Shown: positions 1 through 12,569 of the stretch, in pieces
Layout: each line of letters opens with the position of its first letter
Numbering within the stretch: position 1 is the first letter of the stretch
Assembly (NCBI RefSeq): GCF_006345805.1
Contig: NC_043001.1
Coordinates: 7,440,001-7,504,000 of the forward strand
Origin: Octopus sinensis
Taxonomy: Eukaryota
Direction of reading: 5' to 3'
DNA: 64,000 bases
Notes under the pieces: model-generated
Databases searched by the model: none
The model's input: only the letters and a program-made list of their open reading frames with translations
Told to the model about the DNA's origin: nothing
Made by a program: the position numbers and the translations under genes

Positions 1-1194
1 ATTCTCGTCAATAAATCATACAAATACAAGCAATTGAATATCAATGGATTCATATACGGTTAAAGCAAATTTAAAATTCTTTAGATTTTTCTGAACATAG
101 TTTATTACTTGTCATGGTATAGTGAATTCACTAACACGTATACTCTCTATATTTAATACAGGACTTTCTTCTTTGTTGCTATTTTTTTGTTAACGGTATG
201 GTACGTAATCTTAGTGATAAAGACATGCCCTGTATTCAAGTTCTGTCTTGATGATAATGTTAATTCTATGTTTGGTGTCTTGTACATACAAGTAACGTAT
301 TCTACATTTCCGTTTGTCGCTTGAGGCTCTAAAGACGTTTCAATCTCTTTTGACTATTAGATATCACTTATCTGCCTTCCATTTTTTTTGTGTGGGATTA
401 GGCGTGTTGCTCTTGGCTGTCAAAAAATGTCGGTTAATATGAACGACTGGATGCTGGAGTGACCGAAATTCAAAGCCAGAAAACATAAACGAAATAGCCA
501 TTTTAATTTGAATTACAGACGAATGCTAAGAAGTTACAATTCAAATTAGCATTATGTTAAGAATGTGCTTCCAGGTTCTTATATTTAATCTGATTACACA
601 AAGTGCAAATTAATGAGTGGTAAACGGCAATAATAGTTGGAAGTGTAGCAAATATCCTAGAAATCACATTTAAATGCATAAGTCAATATTATACCTATGT
701 ATAGTAAAGTGAACAATAACGGTTACTGCATGTACTGAACCAGAATAATCTATTTATCGTCTCATCTGTTTCGTGTTATATTTAAATTTATTATATAGAC
801 TATTAGCTTACCTAATATTTTTTTATAGCTAAAAGTGATAAATTAATACAGAACTGATTGACTAATACAGTGTAACGACTGAATGCGCTAATTCCCTGAA
901 TCTGTAATATGCATGGTGTTGTGAATATATCTACAATAATTATCCCTGTATCCCATAAATATTCTAAGGGTGAATGAAGAAGAAAATATCCTAATTCTAA
1001 AATCGTTAACAAATGTTGCATTCAGTTTCAGCCACAACCATGATTTGCGTACGAAGAACAATGCCCCGTTAAACACTGAGCATCCTCGGTGTTACGTCCG
1101 GCAAATCACAATTGAAAATTTAGAAAATATATAAGAACAGACAGAATACCGATGCAAACAGAATAATAGCTTATTTCGAACACAAAGAGACACA

Positions 1195-1215
1195 CACGTA
1201 CATACATACATAAAT

Positions 1216-1251
<36 letters not shown>

Positions 1252-1255
1252 TATG

Positions 1256-1287
<32 letters not shown>

Positions 1288-1384
1288 CATATATATATAC
1301 ATATATATATACACACACAAACATATATATATATATATATATATATATTATACATATATATATACATATATATATACACACACA

Positions 1385-1431
<47 letters not shown>

Positions 1432-1438
1432 GCATATA
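1195..1438. repeat. compound (CA)n/(TA)n microsatellite
   Basis: Direct dinucleotide runs; source of spurious YIYI/HTHT ORFs. Confidence 0.95.
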
Positions 1439-2769
1439 TAAAAATCTGTCATAAGCTTCTCCACTATACATTTAAAAAAAGGGAATGTAAAAATAATGGT
1501 GAATAAAGCACATCTGTGTGTGCTTTTGTTTGAATATGTGTGTGTACGCGTGTGTGTGTTCGTGCATGCATATGTGTGTGTAAATGTGTCTGTAGATATC
1601 GCTGGAAATAGACATAAGGTCAATAGGAAAAGTTCCATTGATCTTTGATTCAATTCAATGTATGTTATTTAAAGGCATCGTTAATGTGAAAGAAACGGTG
1701 AGTTATTTTGGTATCCCACGCCATTGTTCTACCAATAGCTTCTATATCTTTTTAGAGACCAAGAATACTAGCGAACGTATTAATTGAAGTGGCCAATTTA
1801 TATTACACTTTGATTGGTTGTTGCTCTTTTTCTACCTATACATAAAAGCCCCCGAAATATCATCTTAGCGCCAACAATTACTGTAATGGCAATTTTACCC
1901 ATTAACAGGAATCAATTATGTTATTGATTGTGTTATAGAAAATGTTAACGAAATTGTAGGAGAATATATAAGCATTTCATTGTCATACTTCAAAAATAGT
2001 CAAGTGTTTCTTGTCTATTGTTCCGTTTGACGAAATATTTAGCTATTTCTCGAAGTGTCTATTATGTTACTCGTGTGCAAGTTTGAATTTATGAGTTAAT
2101 TAAACAAAAGATCAAATATTATTTATTCTAAATTGCTTTGTAATATTTTCGTGCGGGAAACATCATGAAACGATAGACATGCGTACACAACTTCATAAAG
2201 AAATGCAGTTGTGTATGTTTAGTCAATTATAGACATACTAAAAATATAACAATAGAGTCAAAATTATTTCAACACACAAAATGTCACATGCACAAATACA
2301 CTCACACACATACACTCACACAGTCTCACACAAGCATACACTCGCGCACTGACATAAACAAACAGAGACACATATGGGCATAGATTTGCAGATACATATA
2401 CATGATGCGTTTCATTGACTCTGCTTTACGACTTCCAGCAGTTATCTCTAAACTAAAAAGTTAGATAACCGCCATGAAAATTTATTTTCGCCCGATATTC
2501 TCGTCCATTGTAGCCTGACTATCATTATTCCCAGTTATCAAGTGCAGGGACATTAACTCACTTCGGTGTAAAGGATATATATATACACGGAAAAGTGATT
2601 TGCATAGATTTACAAATACAAAAGCATGACATGCCTCCTCACTATTTCCTTGACAAAGAAATCATAGGATTTTGCTGATCTCAGCCGTAAGCTAGAATGG
2701 AAAAATTGCTTAACTAACATTTCCTAGTAGCGAGTGTTTCGGTGAAAATCATTATGCAAACTGATATTT

Positions 2770-2816
2770 ATACACACATACATACATACGTACACATACG
2801 CACACACACACACACA

Positions 2817-2872
<56 letters not shown>

Positions 2873-3153
2873 TGGATATATATGTGTGTATATATGTATG
2901 CATGTATATATATATGTATATATATATAAAAATATATATACATATATTATATATACATTTATATATATATACATATATACATATATATATACATATATAC
3001 ATATATAGATGTATATATATACATATATACACACATATATATATATATGTACGTATATATATATATATATAACAATTTAATAAATAAAACATATGCATAC
3101 ATACATACATATATGTACATACCTACATCTATATGTATATATACATGCATATA
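2770..3153. repeat. compound (CA)n/(TA)n microsatellite
   Basis: Direct dinucleotide runs. Confidence 0.95.
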
Positions 3154-3545
3154 TGAGTACAGGACACCAAAATAAACGTAGAACACAACGAGAAACGAAA
3201 ACATAAAATCAAACAAGGAAACGGACTTTTTTTAACAACGAAAAAACAGAGTACAGACAAACAAACAATACAAGGAATATTCCCCTTCTTCAGCTGACCC
3301 TGTTTCGACTCAATGCGTGTTTCGTAGGTAAGGGCAGAACACGATCCGGCCAAAGCAGTCCTTCCTGCAAAATGAATTAAATAAAATTATTTTGCAGAGG
3401 GGTAAACAAATGTGACAAGAACAGGGCGTAAAAGCAATACGAATGAAGAAAAAAAACAGTACAAATAAAGAATAAAAACAGGAAAAGAAAACCAGCAATA
3501 AGGGCTTTTTTAAGCCTAGACGGTGGAAAAATTCGTTAGAACACA
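3154..3545 (-). mobile_element. interspersed repeat embedded in (TA)n, possibly a PLE pseudo-LTR remnant
   Basis: A-rich non-coding block flanked by TA repeats, with CTGAAGA and CGAAAC motifs on the minus strand but not in a foldable hammerhead order. Confidence 0.35.
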
Positions 3546-4130
3546 TATATATATAAAACTCGTTAGAACGCATATATATATATACATACATATACTCATA
3601 TATGTATATGTTTATACACACACACACGTATATATCATTATATATATATATGTATGTATGTACGTGAATGAGTGTATGAATGTGCATGTGCACTTTTGTG
3701 TGTGCGTATCTGTTTATCTATCTGTCTGTATATCTGTCTGTCGACCTATGTATCTATCTTTCTATCTATAAAGAGTAACAATGTTTCAGAAACCCGGGAG
3801 AAATATCATCGCATAGAGAAACGCACAAACACACAGAAGCAAACATATACTCATATACTGAAACAAGCATAAACACACACGTACATTCATGCACATATAC
3901 AAATATGCGTTTTGATAACCAGTGGAATTTACATCATACAGAGAGTTCGATCCGTTTACTTCATGTCATTTAGCCTTTCCTAATTTTCAATTTGACACTC
4001 TTCAACAACGTGTCCCTTCAGCAATAAGTCAAACTGTTCTTGAGAATAAGAGGCATACGATTCAAATTTAGATCGAATGCCCTGAACAGGCATACTTACG
4101 TATATATGTTTGTATCCATGTATGTATGTA

Positions 4131-4459
4131 TTCTTTTACTTGTTTCAGTTATTTGACTGCGGCCATGCTGGATCACCATCTTTAGTCGAATAAATCGACC
4201 CCAGGACATACTTATTCCTTGTAAGCCTAGTGGTTAGTGTATCGATCGCTTTTTACCGAAAGGCTAAGTTATGGGGACGTAAGCACACCAACATCATTGT
4301 CAAGCGATGGTGGGGACAAACAGACACAAACAACAAATACAGACACAAACACTTCGAGGCTATAGAAGAAGACACTTGCCCAAGGTGCCGAGCAGTGGGA
4401 CGGAACCCGAAACCATATGGTTGGCAAGCAAGCATCTTACCACAAAGCCACTCCCACGC
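4131..4459 (-). mobile_element. tRNA-derived SINE, long family (octopus OK/OR-like), internally deleted
   Basis: Homologous to the copies at 5569, 29297, 45008 and 46594; tail ...GCATGGCCGCAGTCAAATAACTGAAACAAGTAAAAGAA on the minus strand. Confidence 0.85.
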
Positions 4460-4649
4460 TGACGTTTTAAAATTTATATAGGTATGCACGTTTTTGTGTT
4501 CTGTATGTATAATTTGTTTTTATTTGGCTAATTTTCATAATCTACCAATACAATTAACAACGGTATTTCTGAGTTTTCAAAGCATTTTCGTTAAACACCT
4601 AATTTTGCGGAACAGTATTACATGAATAAATAGTTAGTTAGTTAATATT

Positions 4650-5170
4650 TTGGCTCAAAAGCAAAAAGCAAGGCCATGTAGGGGGCCATGGTGTTAAGTA
4701 CAGAGTGGTGTTCATGTAAAGTGTTCAGGCCACTTGAGGTCAAGGGAGACTGTGAACAAAGCAGCCGTCGGCATCTTCACCATCTCGTCTTGCAGCTTGT
4801 TCCACGGATCCGCAACCCGGACGGAGAAAGCTCCTCTCCTTCGATTGAGATGAAATCGCCGCAGGTAGAGCTTTTCGGAATGACCCCGCAGCCGACGCTC
4901 TTGAGCAGGAGTGATGAACAGCGCTTTCGAGAGGTTACACTTTCCGCTTATGATGTTGTGAGCAAGAATGAGATCACCACGGCGGCGGCGTTTTTCTAGA
5001 GAATAAAGGTCGAGCGTCTTCAGCCTTTCTTCATAAGACAAATTCTTGAGACAAAGAACCATGCGGGTAGCCAGTTTTGGACTCTTTCGAGATGCTGTAT
5101 GTCTTTGAGGAGATAAGGAGAAGAGGCTTGAATCCCGTACTCCAATATGGGTCTCCAATATCAGCATATT
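4650..5170 (-). mobile_element. CR1-type LINE 3' fragment
   Basis: ORF 4712-5167 contains LSYEERLKTLDLYSLEKRRRRGDLI...RGHSEKL...AFSVRVADPWNKL, the typical CR1 ORF2 C-terminus; the adjacent frame gives RPILEYG..SPYLLKDIQHLERVQK. Confidence 0.9.
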
Positions 5171-5568
5171 TATGCTCTCTCATATTCTTTTCAGTGATTT
5201 CGAATATAGATATCTTAAAAACTATGTACGTATATAGATATCTCACAAAACTATGTACCTAACAATCATACCAGCGTGTTTAACATTCACTAACATGCAC
5301 AATTTACTAGAAACTTTTAGTACATCAGCAGACATGAATTTCACGCTCATTTTTTGTCCATAGTAACGAATACCACGGACGAAACATAGCACTACTCAGA
5401 GTATAGTTATCATATTATTCATGCAATACTGTTTTTCAAGGTTATGAGCTTAGGGAAAATAGTTTGAAGACTCAGCGAAAACATAGTTGAGCATTTTAGA
5501 AATAGTTTATATATATAAATGATAAAATCAAATAAGAAACAACAGATACAATTTATAGCCACCCATAC

Positions 5569-5728
5569 GCAGGAGTGACTGTGTGGTAAGTAGCTTGATA
5601 ACCAACCACATGGTTCCGTGTTCAGTCCCACTGCGTGGCATCTTGGGCAAGTGTCTTCTGCTATAGCCCCGGGCCGACCAATGCCTTGTGAGTGGATTTG
5701 GTTGACGGAAACTGAAAGAAGCCTGTCG

Positions 5729-5766
<38 letters not shown>

Positions 5767-5991
5767 CGTGTGTTTGTGTGTTCGTGTTTGTCTCCCTAGC
5801 ATTGCTTGACAACCGATGCTGGTGTGTTTGCGTCCCCGTCACTTAGCGGCTCGGCAAAAAGAGACCGATGGAATAAGTACTGGACTTACAAAGAATAAGT
5901 CCCGGGGTCGAGTTGCTCGATTTAAGGCGGTGCTCCAGCATGGCCGCAGTCAAATGACTGAAACAAGTAAAAGAGTAAAAGAGTAAAGAGT
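5569..5991 (+). mobile_element. tRNA-derived SINE, long family, full length
   Basis: A-box-like TGACTGTGTGG and B-box-like TGTTCAGTCCC (other copies read TGGCTGTGTGG and GGTTCAGTCCC), internal (TA)(TG) microsatellite, tail CAGTC-AAAT-GACTG-AAACAAG-(TAAAAGAG)n. Confidence 0.92.
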
Positions 5992-6119
5992 ATACACCCA
6001 AACAGCCAAACAGGAATACACGTATGTATTTTAGAATTTATACATACTTACGTACTTATATAAATATGCATGTGCAAATAACTCGGTCTAAATATGAACT
6101 TTATGTCTGTTATATTCAG

Positions 6120-6179
6120 GAACGTTTATTGAAGAGACACATCGTTAGTGAGGATATATTTGAAAATTGTTGGGAAAAG
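6120..6179 (+). other. candidate 60-nt phase-0 exon (ERLLKRHIVSEDIFENCWEK)
   Basis: ttatattcag|...AAG|gttagc; open in only one frame; no homology recognised. Confidence 0.2.
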
Positions 6180-6616
6180 GTTAGCTGAAATGGGGGACAC
6201 AGGGCCATCTGGACACTGGGAAAGAGTCACTTATCTGCATCGTGTCGAAAATGTAGGTTTTGACTCTGATTATTTGCCCGTAGTAATGACTCGCACGGAC
6301 AAAAATGTTTCTTTCGTTAGTAAGCAAAACATTTTGTTTCACGCTCACCGGCGCCCTCAACGAAGATTTTGATGTTAGTTCATAAACATTGTGTGTGGTG
6401 TCTCTAATAGAATATCCTTCCGATATTGTTACTCTAAGACAATGTACTGCTGCTAGTACCTTTCCACGTTTCCCTGCGATTATAAAGGTTACACACACCG
6501 GTATTTTATCCGCAGGCTGTTTATACCGTGCACATTTATTTCATATCTAACTATATATAATACATTCTCAAGCACATGCCCCCATATAAAATAACTATTT
6601 GAAATTGTTTCTACAG

Positions 6617-6853
6617 ACTCGGACCTCAAATGACTTTTCAAATGTTTTCTGTGTATTTAGAAGTGTTGCAAATGCTTACAGCATATCTAACTTCCGGAGA
6701 AGCTGCTATTGGGATGGTTACAAATAATTGCACCTGTCCATTTCTACTGAGGTCCACTCAAGTACCGGGTTTCGATGTAACTAACTTGGCCCAAACATTT
6801 TCTATCATATACTGTTTTACTACGTTTTCTTTCTTAATTTTATATCCTACTGG
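6617..6853 (+). other. candidate 237-nt symmetric phase-2 exon
   Basis: ttgtttctacag|...ACTGG|gtaagt; open throughout in the frame of ORF 6630-6857; hydrophobic C-terminal half; no homology recognised. Confidence 0.25.
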
Positions 6854-6974
6854 GTAAGTTTCATTTCTCTGTAAACATGAATTTTGTAAATTCATTATGT
6901 GATTTGCGCATCTATAGCACAGTGAAACAGACTGTAAAGCAGCCTCTTAATTGAAAATATGGTTGCAAAATCCA

Positions 6975-7150
6975 AGGTGGCCAGATGGAAGATTAGTTAG
7001 CACAGCGGGCGAAATTCCTAGCGACATTTAGTCCGTTTTCATATTCTGAGTTCACATCCCATCGAGGTCGACTGTACGTTTCATCCTTTAGCGGTCGACA
7101 AAATAAGCACCGGTTGAACACTTAGGTCGACATAATCAGTTTGGCCCCTG
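6975..7150 (+). mobile_element. tRNA-derived SINE, short family, diverged
   Basis: Aligns by eye to 10524-10749 (TTAGCAC..GGGCGAAAT...GAGTTCA...GAGGTCGAC...TTTCATCCTTT..GGTCGA). Confidence 0.7.
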
Positions 7151-8744
7151 TTCTAAATTTGCCATGTGCCAAATTTGAAACGAATATTATTGCTAAATGT
7201 AAATTATTGTCTCCCTTATACAAATACAAGCTGTTTCCTTATTGGAAATATTTCTAATGATTTCTCCATAATAAAATTCTCTATTATTACTTTGGTTAAT
7301 AATTTTGAGGTTGCTTATGAAAATTGTTCAGATAAAATTTCAATATATTTCGAATAAGTTGTTTTATTATGTTTTAACCCAAATATATAGCGTACAGGAT
7401 GACCATATTTACGTTGTAATATGTCGATATTGATAACTTTGTTTTGCTTAATTATATTTTAATCTAACTATATAATGTTGGGGATGACCACATCTACGGT
7501 ATTATATATTTCGTTATCGATTAATTCTTTATTTAGGCCCGTCCCGGAGTTTCGTTTTCATGTTCCATTACAATTTGGAAATACTTGCGCTTGTATGTAA
7601 ATACCTATTTTCTATAATAACCACAATACATATATCACCAAGGTATCGGCATCAAATGATTATATAGTTCGGGGCATTGATGACATTATGAGATACAGCA
7701 TATTAAACAAAGTGTACTTTTGTGGAAGTTATATTCTCTGGTGGAATCTACACGCTCAAAGCTGTCGGGTAATTGCATTCTTTCGTGCAATCAGTCAAAG
7801 TTTATTTTATTACAATAAGTAGAATTGTAGGCAGGTGTTGTTCGGGAAATAGCGGTGCTTATAGCTTTCAGAAACAATAAATCTCAGTCTGTCACTGCAT
7901 CTCCATCAGGAGAGATAAATATAGCCATTTAGCATGGAAGCTTAAGAAAAGCAAAGTGTCCTTTAAGAAATAATACTGACGTCACTGATACAAAAGCATA
8001 TTTTGCTCCACGTGCATTTCTACCTAATGCCCATTAGCACAAATATTTAATTAAATTGGCCACCATTTAAGCAATCTCTTGTGGAAAGACAAAACCTAAA
8101 AATACAGACGTCAGAGAAGAGCTCGTTACTGAATAGCGTTTGGTATCGTACCTAATTTCGGAACATGCACCTATACATGTATTGATACATACTGACATAC
8201 ACGTATTGTCACACTCAATACATGTATATATAAACGTATTTAATGAAAGTAAAATTAACCAAGTAGCATATTTTGAATGTATTTAATACACGCGTTTCAG
8301 ATAACTTACGTGGGATTCAAAGCGTCATCAAAATCGTTATCAGTTAAGGCATATCAAAATATAAACATATCGATGCAATTAGCCTTTTGTGAATGTTCAA
8401 AGCTGTTTAAGACGAGGAGCGGACGGGACAATTAGGTGATGAATATCTATAGAGACAAACAAAGGAGAAATGGGGTGGGGATAGGCAAGGATATAGGGAA
8501 AACATGTCAGTAAAATGAATGGAAAGGGAGTGGCAGGGAAGGTATGAGCGCAGAAACAGTGTGAGAGAAATTAAATCCTATAGAAGAAATAGAAGGGTCA
8601 ATTAAATTAAAGATAATGAAAATAAGTGAATAAATGCAACTTCGAATGAATGACTGAAAGCAGAGAATGAATACAATAATAATGATGATGATGATGTGAT
8701 AACTATATATATAATTTTATTCTTTCATAATGTTCAACCCTTAG

Positions 8745-8900
8745 GGTGTGGCCACGCGGGGTGTGTATTCACCTTTCCATAGTCAATATTATGTCTTATG
8801 GTGAAGGAGGGAGTTCCACACCGCTGCCCTTTTGAGTTTCTTGTCTTGATGTAGGTTCCTCTGGGACCTTCGACAGCATGAGACTAAGTGGTTTCTGGAA
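8745..8900 (-). mobile_element. CR1-group LINE extreme 3' fragment
   Basis: Minus strand reads LSKVPEEPTSRQE, matching the LLSGIPDEPTAR end of the 16 kb LINE. Confidence 0.55.
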
Positions 8901-9065
8901 TACATATATGGGTATGTGTGTGTGTTTATGTGTATTTGTGAGCTGGCGTGTATATATATATATGTATATATACATAGAAACACACACACATATGTGTGTG
9001 TATACATACATACGTATATATATATATATATATATATATATGAATATTTTTTAGAAAATACGGGA

Positions 9066-9772
9066 ATTTGGCGCGCTAGAAGGAGGGCATTTGAATTTGT
9101 CCACATAGTGGATTCTCTCATATTTGTGTATCAATAATATTTACTGAATCTCAGTATTTTATGCGCTAGACCACTGGTGTTAAATTGGTGTTATTAAATT
9201 AATATCCAATCTTTTCACCCTCATTTTGATTTTAATTATAAATTAGTATGTTCTCAAACCGGCGTAAACTAATGCAGTGAATTATTTATGCAGTATTTAT
9301 TTCCGAAAATTTGGCGCGCTAGAACGAGGGCATTTGAATATAACTATGAATATAATAGGCCGAACTGCTCGTATTTCTGACCTCGTGTTAATATCTAGCG
9401 GGCAGTTCAACAAATTATATTTTATGACGTACCTCACTGATGATCTGAGGGTTAATTATGCAAGTAAAATTGCATAATTTATTAACAGTGAAACAATTGT
9501 ATGAGGTTAATCTATATTTTTGTTATTTTTCATTTGTCCTGCTCGCTTACGTTCATAGTATGCTAAATGTTTCTTGAGAATAATTCTTATTGTTTGAGAC
9601 CCTTGCGGATCTATCGTTAGCGTAAGAGCGTCCACATAGAGGATTCTCTCTCATATTTATGTATCACTAATATTTACTGAATCTCAGTCTTTTATGCGCT
9701 AGACCACCGGTGTTAAATTGGTGTTATTAAATTAATATCCAATTTTTTCACCCTCATTTTGATTTTAATTAT
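9066..9772 (+). repeat. direct repeats of ~140-175 bp (9066-9241, 9631-9772; short partial copy near 9309-9340), pseudo-LTR-like
   Basis: Two near-identical blocks TCCACATAG...GCTAGACCAC(T/C)GGTG...CACCCTCATTTTGATTTTAATTATA. Confidence 0.75.
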
Positions 9773-10523
9773 ATATATATATATATGCTATATAGTCACA
9801 ATTTATCCAATGTGTATAACCTAAATTATTATTATCACAATATTGAAACCACAAACTTGTATGAGCATTCATCATCAAATTATATTTTAGGGCATGTGCG
9901 GTATTTTGTGTTTTATATAAGCCTAGTCGTTGGATGCTGGAGTGAAAGTGTGCATACGTGGAGGAAACGGGTGCCTGTTTAGAAGAATAGTGATTTTAAT
10001 GAAACACATGGTATGTCAAAAGCATAAGCGCAGAAGGTTTGTGTGTGTGCAAGTGTAAGAGGAAAAAGCAAAAGGTAACGAGTCTAAACGTTTCTTTTTT
10101 CTGTAACAAAAATGGAACACTTGCTTTAGCATTTGAAGCACAGAACAAGGTCTTGTGGAGAAGAGAAAACAAATCCGTTGCTAAAAATGACACATCTTAT
10201 TTTAAAAGTTGCGCGAGATTTGGCGGAATGTACAGATTATTAGAAGAAAATGGAAAATCCAGAAAGGGGAAGAAATAGCTGTAAGGAACGTTTGAATAAG
10301 CGAATATGTGGCATTTAGTGCAAAGAGAAAATTGTAGAGGCAATATTGGTGTTTTATGAGAGAATTCGAAGATCATAAAAGATAAGAAACAGCTGAATGA
10401 AAAGTGGGATATCGGAATGGCACCAAGCGTTGAAGCGGAGTTGTCAGCTGGAAGCAGTAATAAAAGTCTTGTTTCAAGATAACAACGAAACCCAGGGGAA
10501 CATGTGTGTGAGTGTTATTACAT

Positions 10524-10749
10524 GCGAGCTGGCAGAAACGTTAGCACGCCGGGTGAAATGCTTAGCGGTATTTCGTCTGCGTTACGTTGTGAGTTCAAAT
10601 TCCGCCGAGGTCGACTTTGCTTTCATCCTTTCGGGGTCGATAAATTAAGTACCAGTTACGCACTGGGGTCGATGTAATCGACTTAATACCTATGTCTGTC
10701 CTTGTTTGTCCCCTCTGTGTTTAGCCCCTTGTGGGTAATAAAGAAATAG
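10524..10749 (+). mobile_element. tRNA-derived SINE, short family (octopus OR-like)
   Basis: GCGAGCTGGCAGAAACGTTAGC head, B-box GAGTTCAAATTCC, tail GCCCCTTGTGGGTAATAAAGAAATAG; homologs at 51641 and 61101. Confidence 0.9.
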
Positions 10750-12526
10750 TTATTACATATACACTCATATAGTCGGTACGCTTGATTGTACTACACTGCT
10801 GACCCTGATCCATTTCTGCATACGTGACGGGGTGTGCCTGAACGTATATTACGGTTTACACTTGACTGCGTGTCGAAATAAACTGCAGGAATCCGAATTC
10901 GAATGTACCTAAATATCATATTTTAGAAAAATTCGTTGCACCTCGAATGTATTATATTTGGAGAATATCACAATCTATTTGCTTTAGTGTTATTTATTTT
11001 TGAGGAAAAGAGAGAAAACTGTAGACAATTCTTGCAAGATCTCAAGTAATTTCAGTGTTTGTCTGATATTTGTTAAGAAATGCAACGGTACCTAGATTTA
11101 GAGGAAATTAGAACATATGGTATTCCCTGTTCGAACAAATACGTCCTCAAAGTGTATAACACTACGGACCACATAACTCCCTACTTACAGTAAAATACTG
11201 AACAAAGAAATGCAATGTAGTAAATTTGAGCAACGTGTTTGAACAGTCGATGGGATTATATCCCTTGATTTTGAAACCCGAATACAAAATTCAGCCAACA
11301 AATAATTTTACCTTCAAGTGTGGATTCAACTACCTTCACCAAAAGACGAAAGAGGCAGATGCTTAGCATCTCAGTAGTCAGCTTTCTATATCACATCATA
11401 TCACTACGGCAGCATCTTTTAACCATCAAGAGTCGATTACGTTTGCATATATTAGGGAGATAAAATCATAAGACTACAAAATCAGCTTCTCGAAAAGCAT
11501 TCCTTGTATTATTGCCTTGAATTTATGCCCAAAGAAGTTGTTTATGAGCAGACGTCCGTGCATGGATAGCTTAGAAGAAAGCTCCAGGATGGTAGCACCT
11601 TTGATATTCAAATTTATCTATGGTAGACCTGTAAGGGGGTCGCAAATTCTCACTGAATAGTATGCGTTTGAAATTCGAAAAGAAGAAATAGACGCCAAAT
11701 TTCTGATGCGTAAAACAACCAGACACGAAGGAAAATCACCGAAATATGAAAACCGATAATGGAGGTTTTGGAGTTAACAGCAACTGCATCAACCACATAA
11801 TCAGTAGATTTTCCAAAATGATTTCCCGCTATCATCTCCAAATGAGACGTGTCTATATGGCCAGGACGCACGTTTCATTATCCTACAAAAATTTCTCGCA
11901 CCTTGGTACCTTGTAGAATGGAACACAAACCCAATAGGCTGCAAAGCAAGCTTTTTAATCAGAAGGGCAATGCCAATGTTTATTCAAGCACAACACATTC
12001 CAGTGTACTTTAAGTATACGGCTCAAATTCTATAACAATGTACACAATAATTATAAAGTATATTAATGTAGTTAGGTCAAAATATGTTCACATGATGTTT
12101 TAATGAAATCATAAATGTCTTACTCATATGTTTAGTTATGGAATATTTGGTCAAATTTCCAGAAAAAATACAACATTAGTAAATAAAAAGTAAAATATTC
12201 ATATTTATTGAAAGTCTGCAACTAGAAACTGGTCGATATTTATGTCTCGCATCTTGACGTGCTTTTGCGAATGAATGAATTGTTGGAAGTATCTGATTGC
12301 CATATTTACGAATTGTGTTCACTTGCAGAGGTCAGAGTTCAACCGAAGCAGTCAAATAAGATGCAATGGTAAATAATTAGTAACATATAAATTCCCACTC
12401 TCACTTATCGAGTTACATTTGTGTTCGTAAAATTCTTCTCATAAAATATATCGGAAAGCATCTTTATGTAGCTATGTCATATTCTATCATTCTCTTTCTG
12501 GCGAGGGAGAATATACATACTCACAC

Positions 12527-12569
<43 letters not shown>

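Noticed and set aside
3281-3340. CGAAAC...GTC...CTGAAGA on the minus strand, hammerhead-like
   Set aside because: Motif order and pairing do not give three closed stems; no GAAA follows the putative stem II.
5350-5395. GTCC...GGAC-GAAAC resembling hammerhead stem II plus GAAAC
   Set aside because: No CUGANGA-like core upstream and no NUH/stem I closure.
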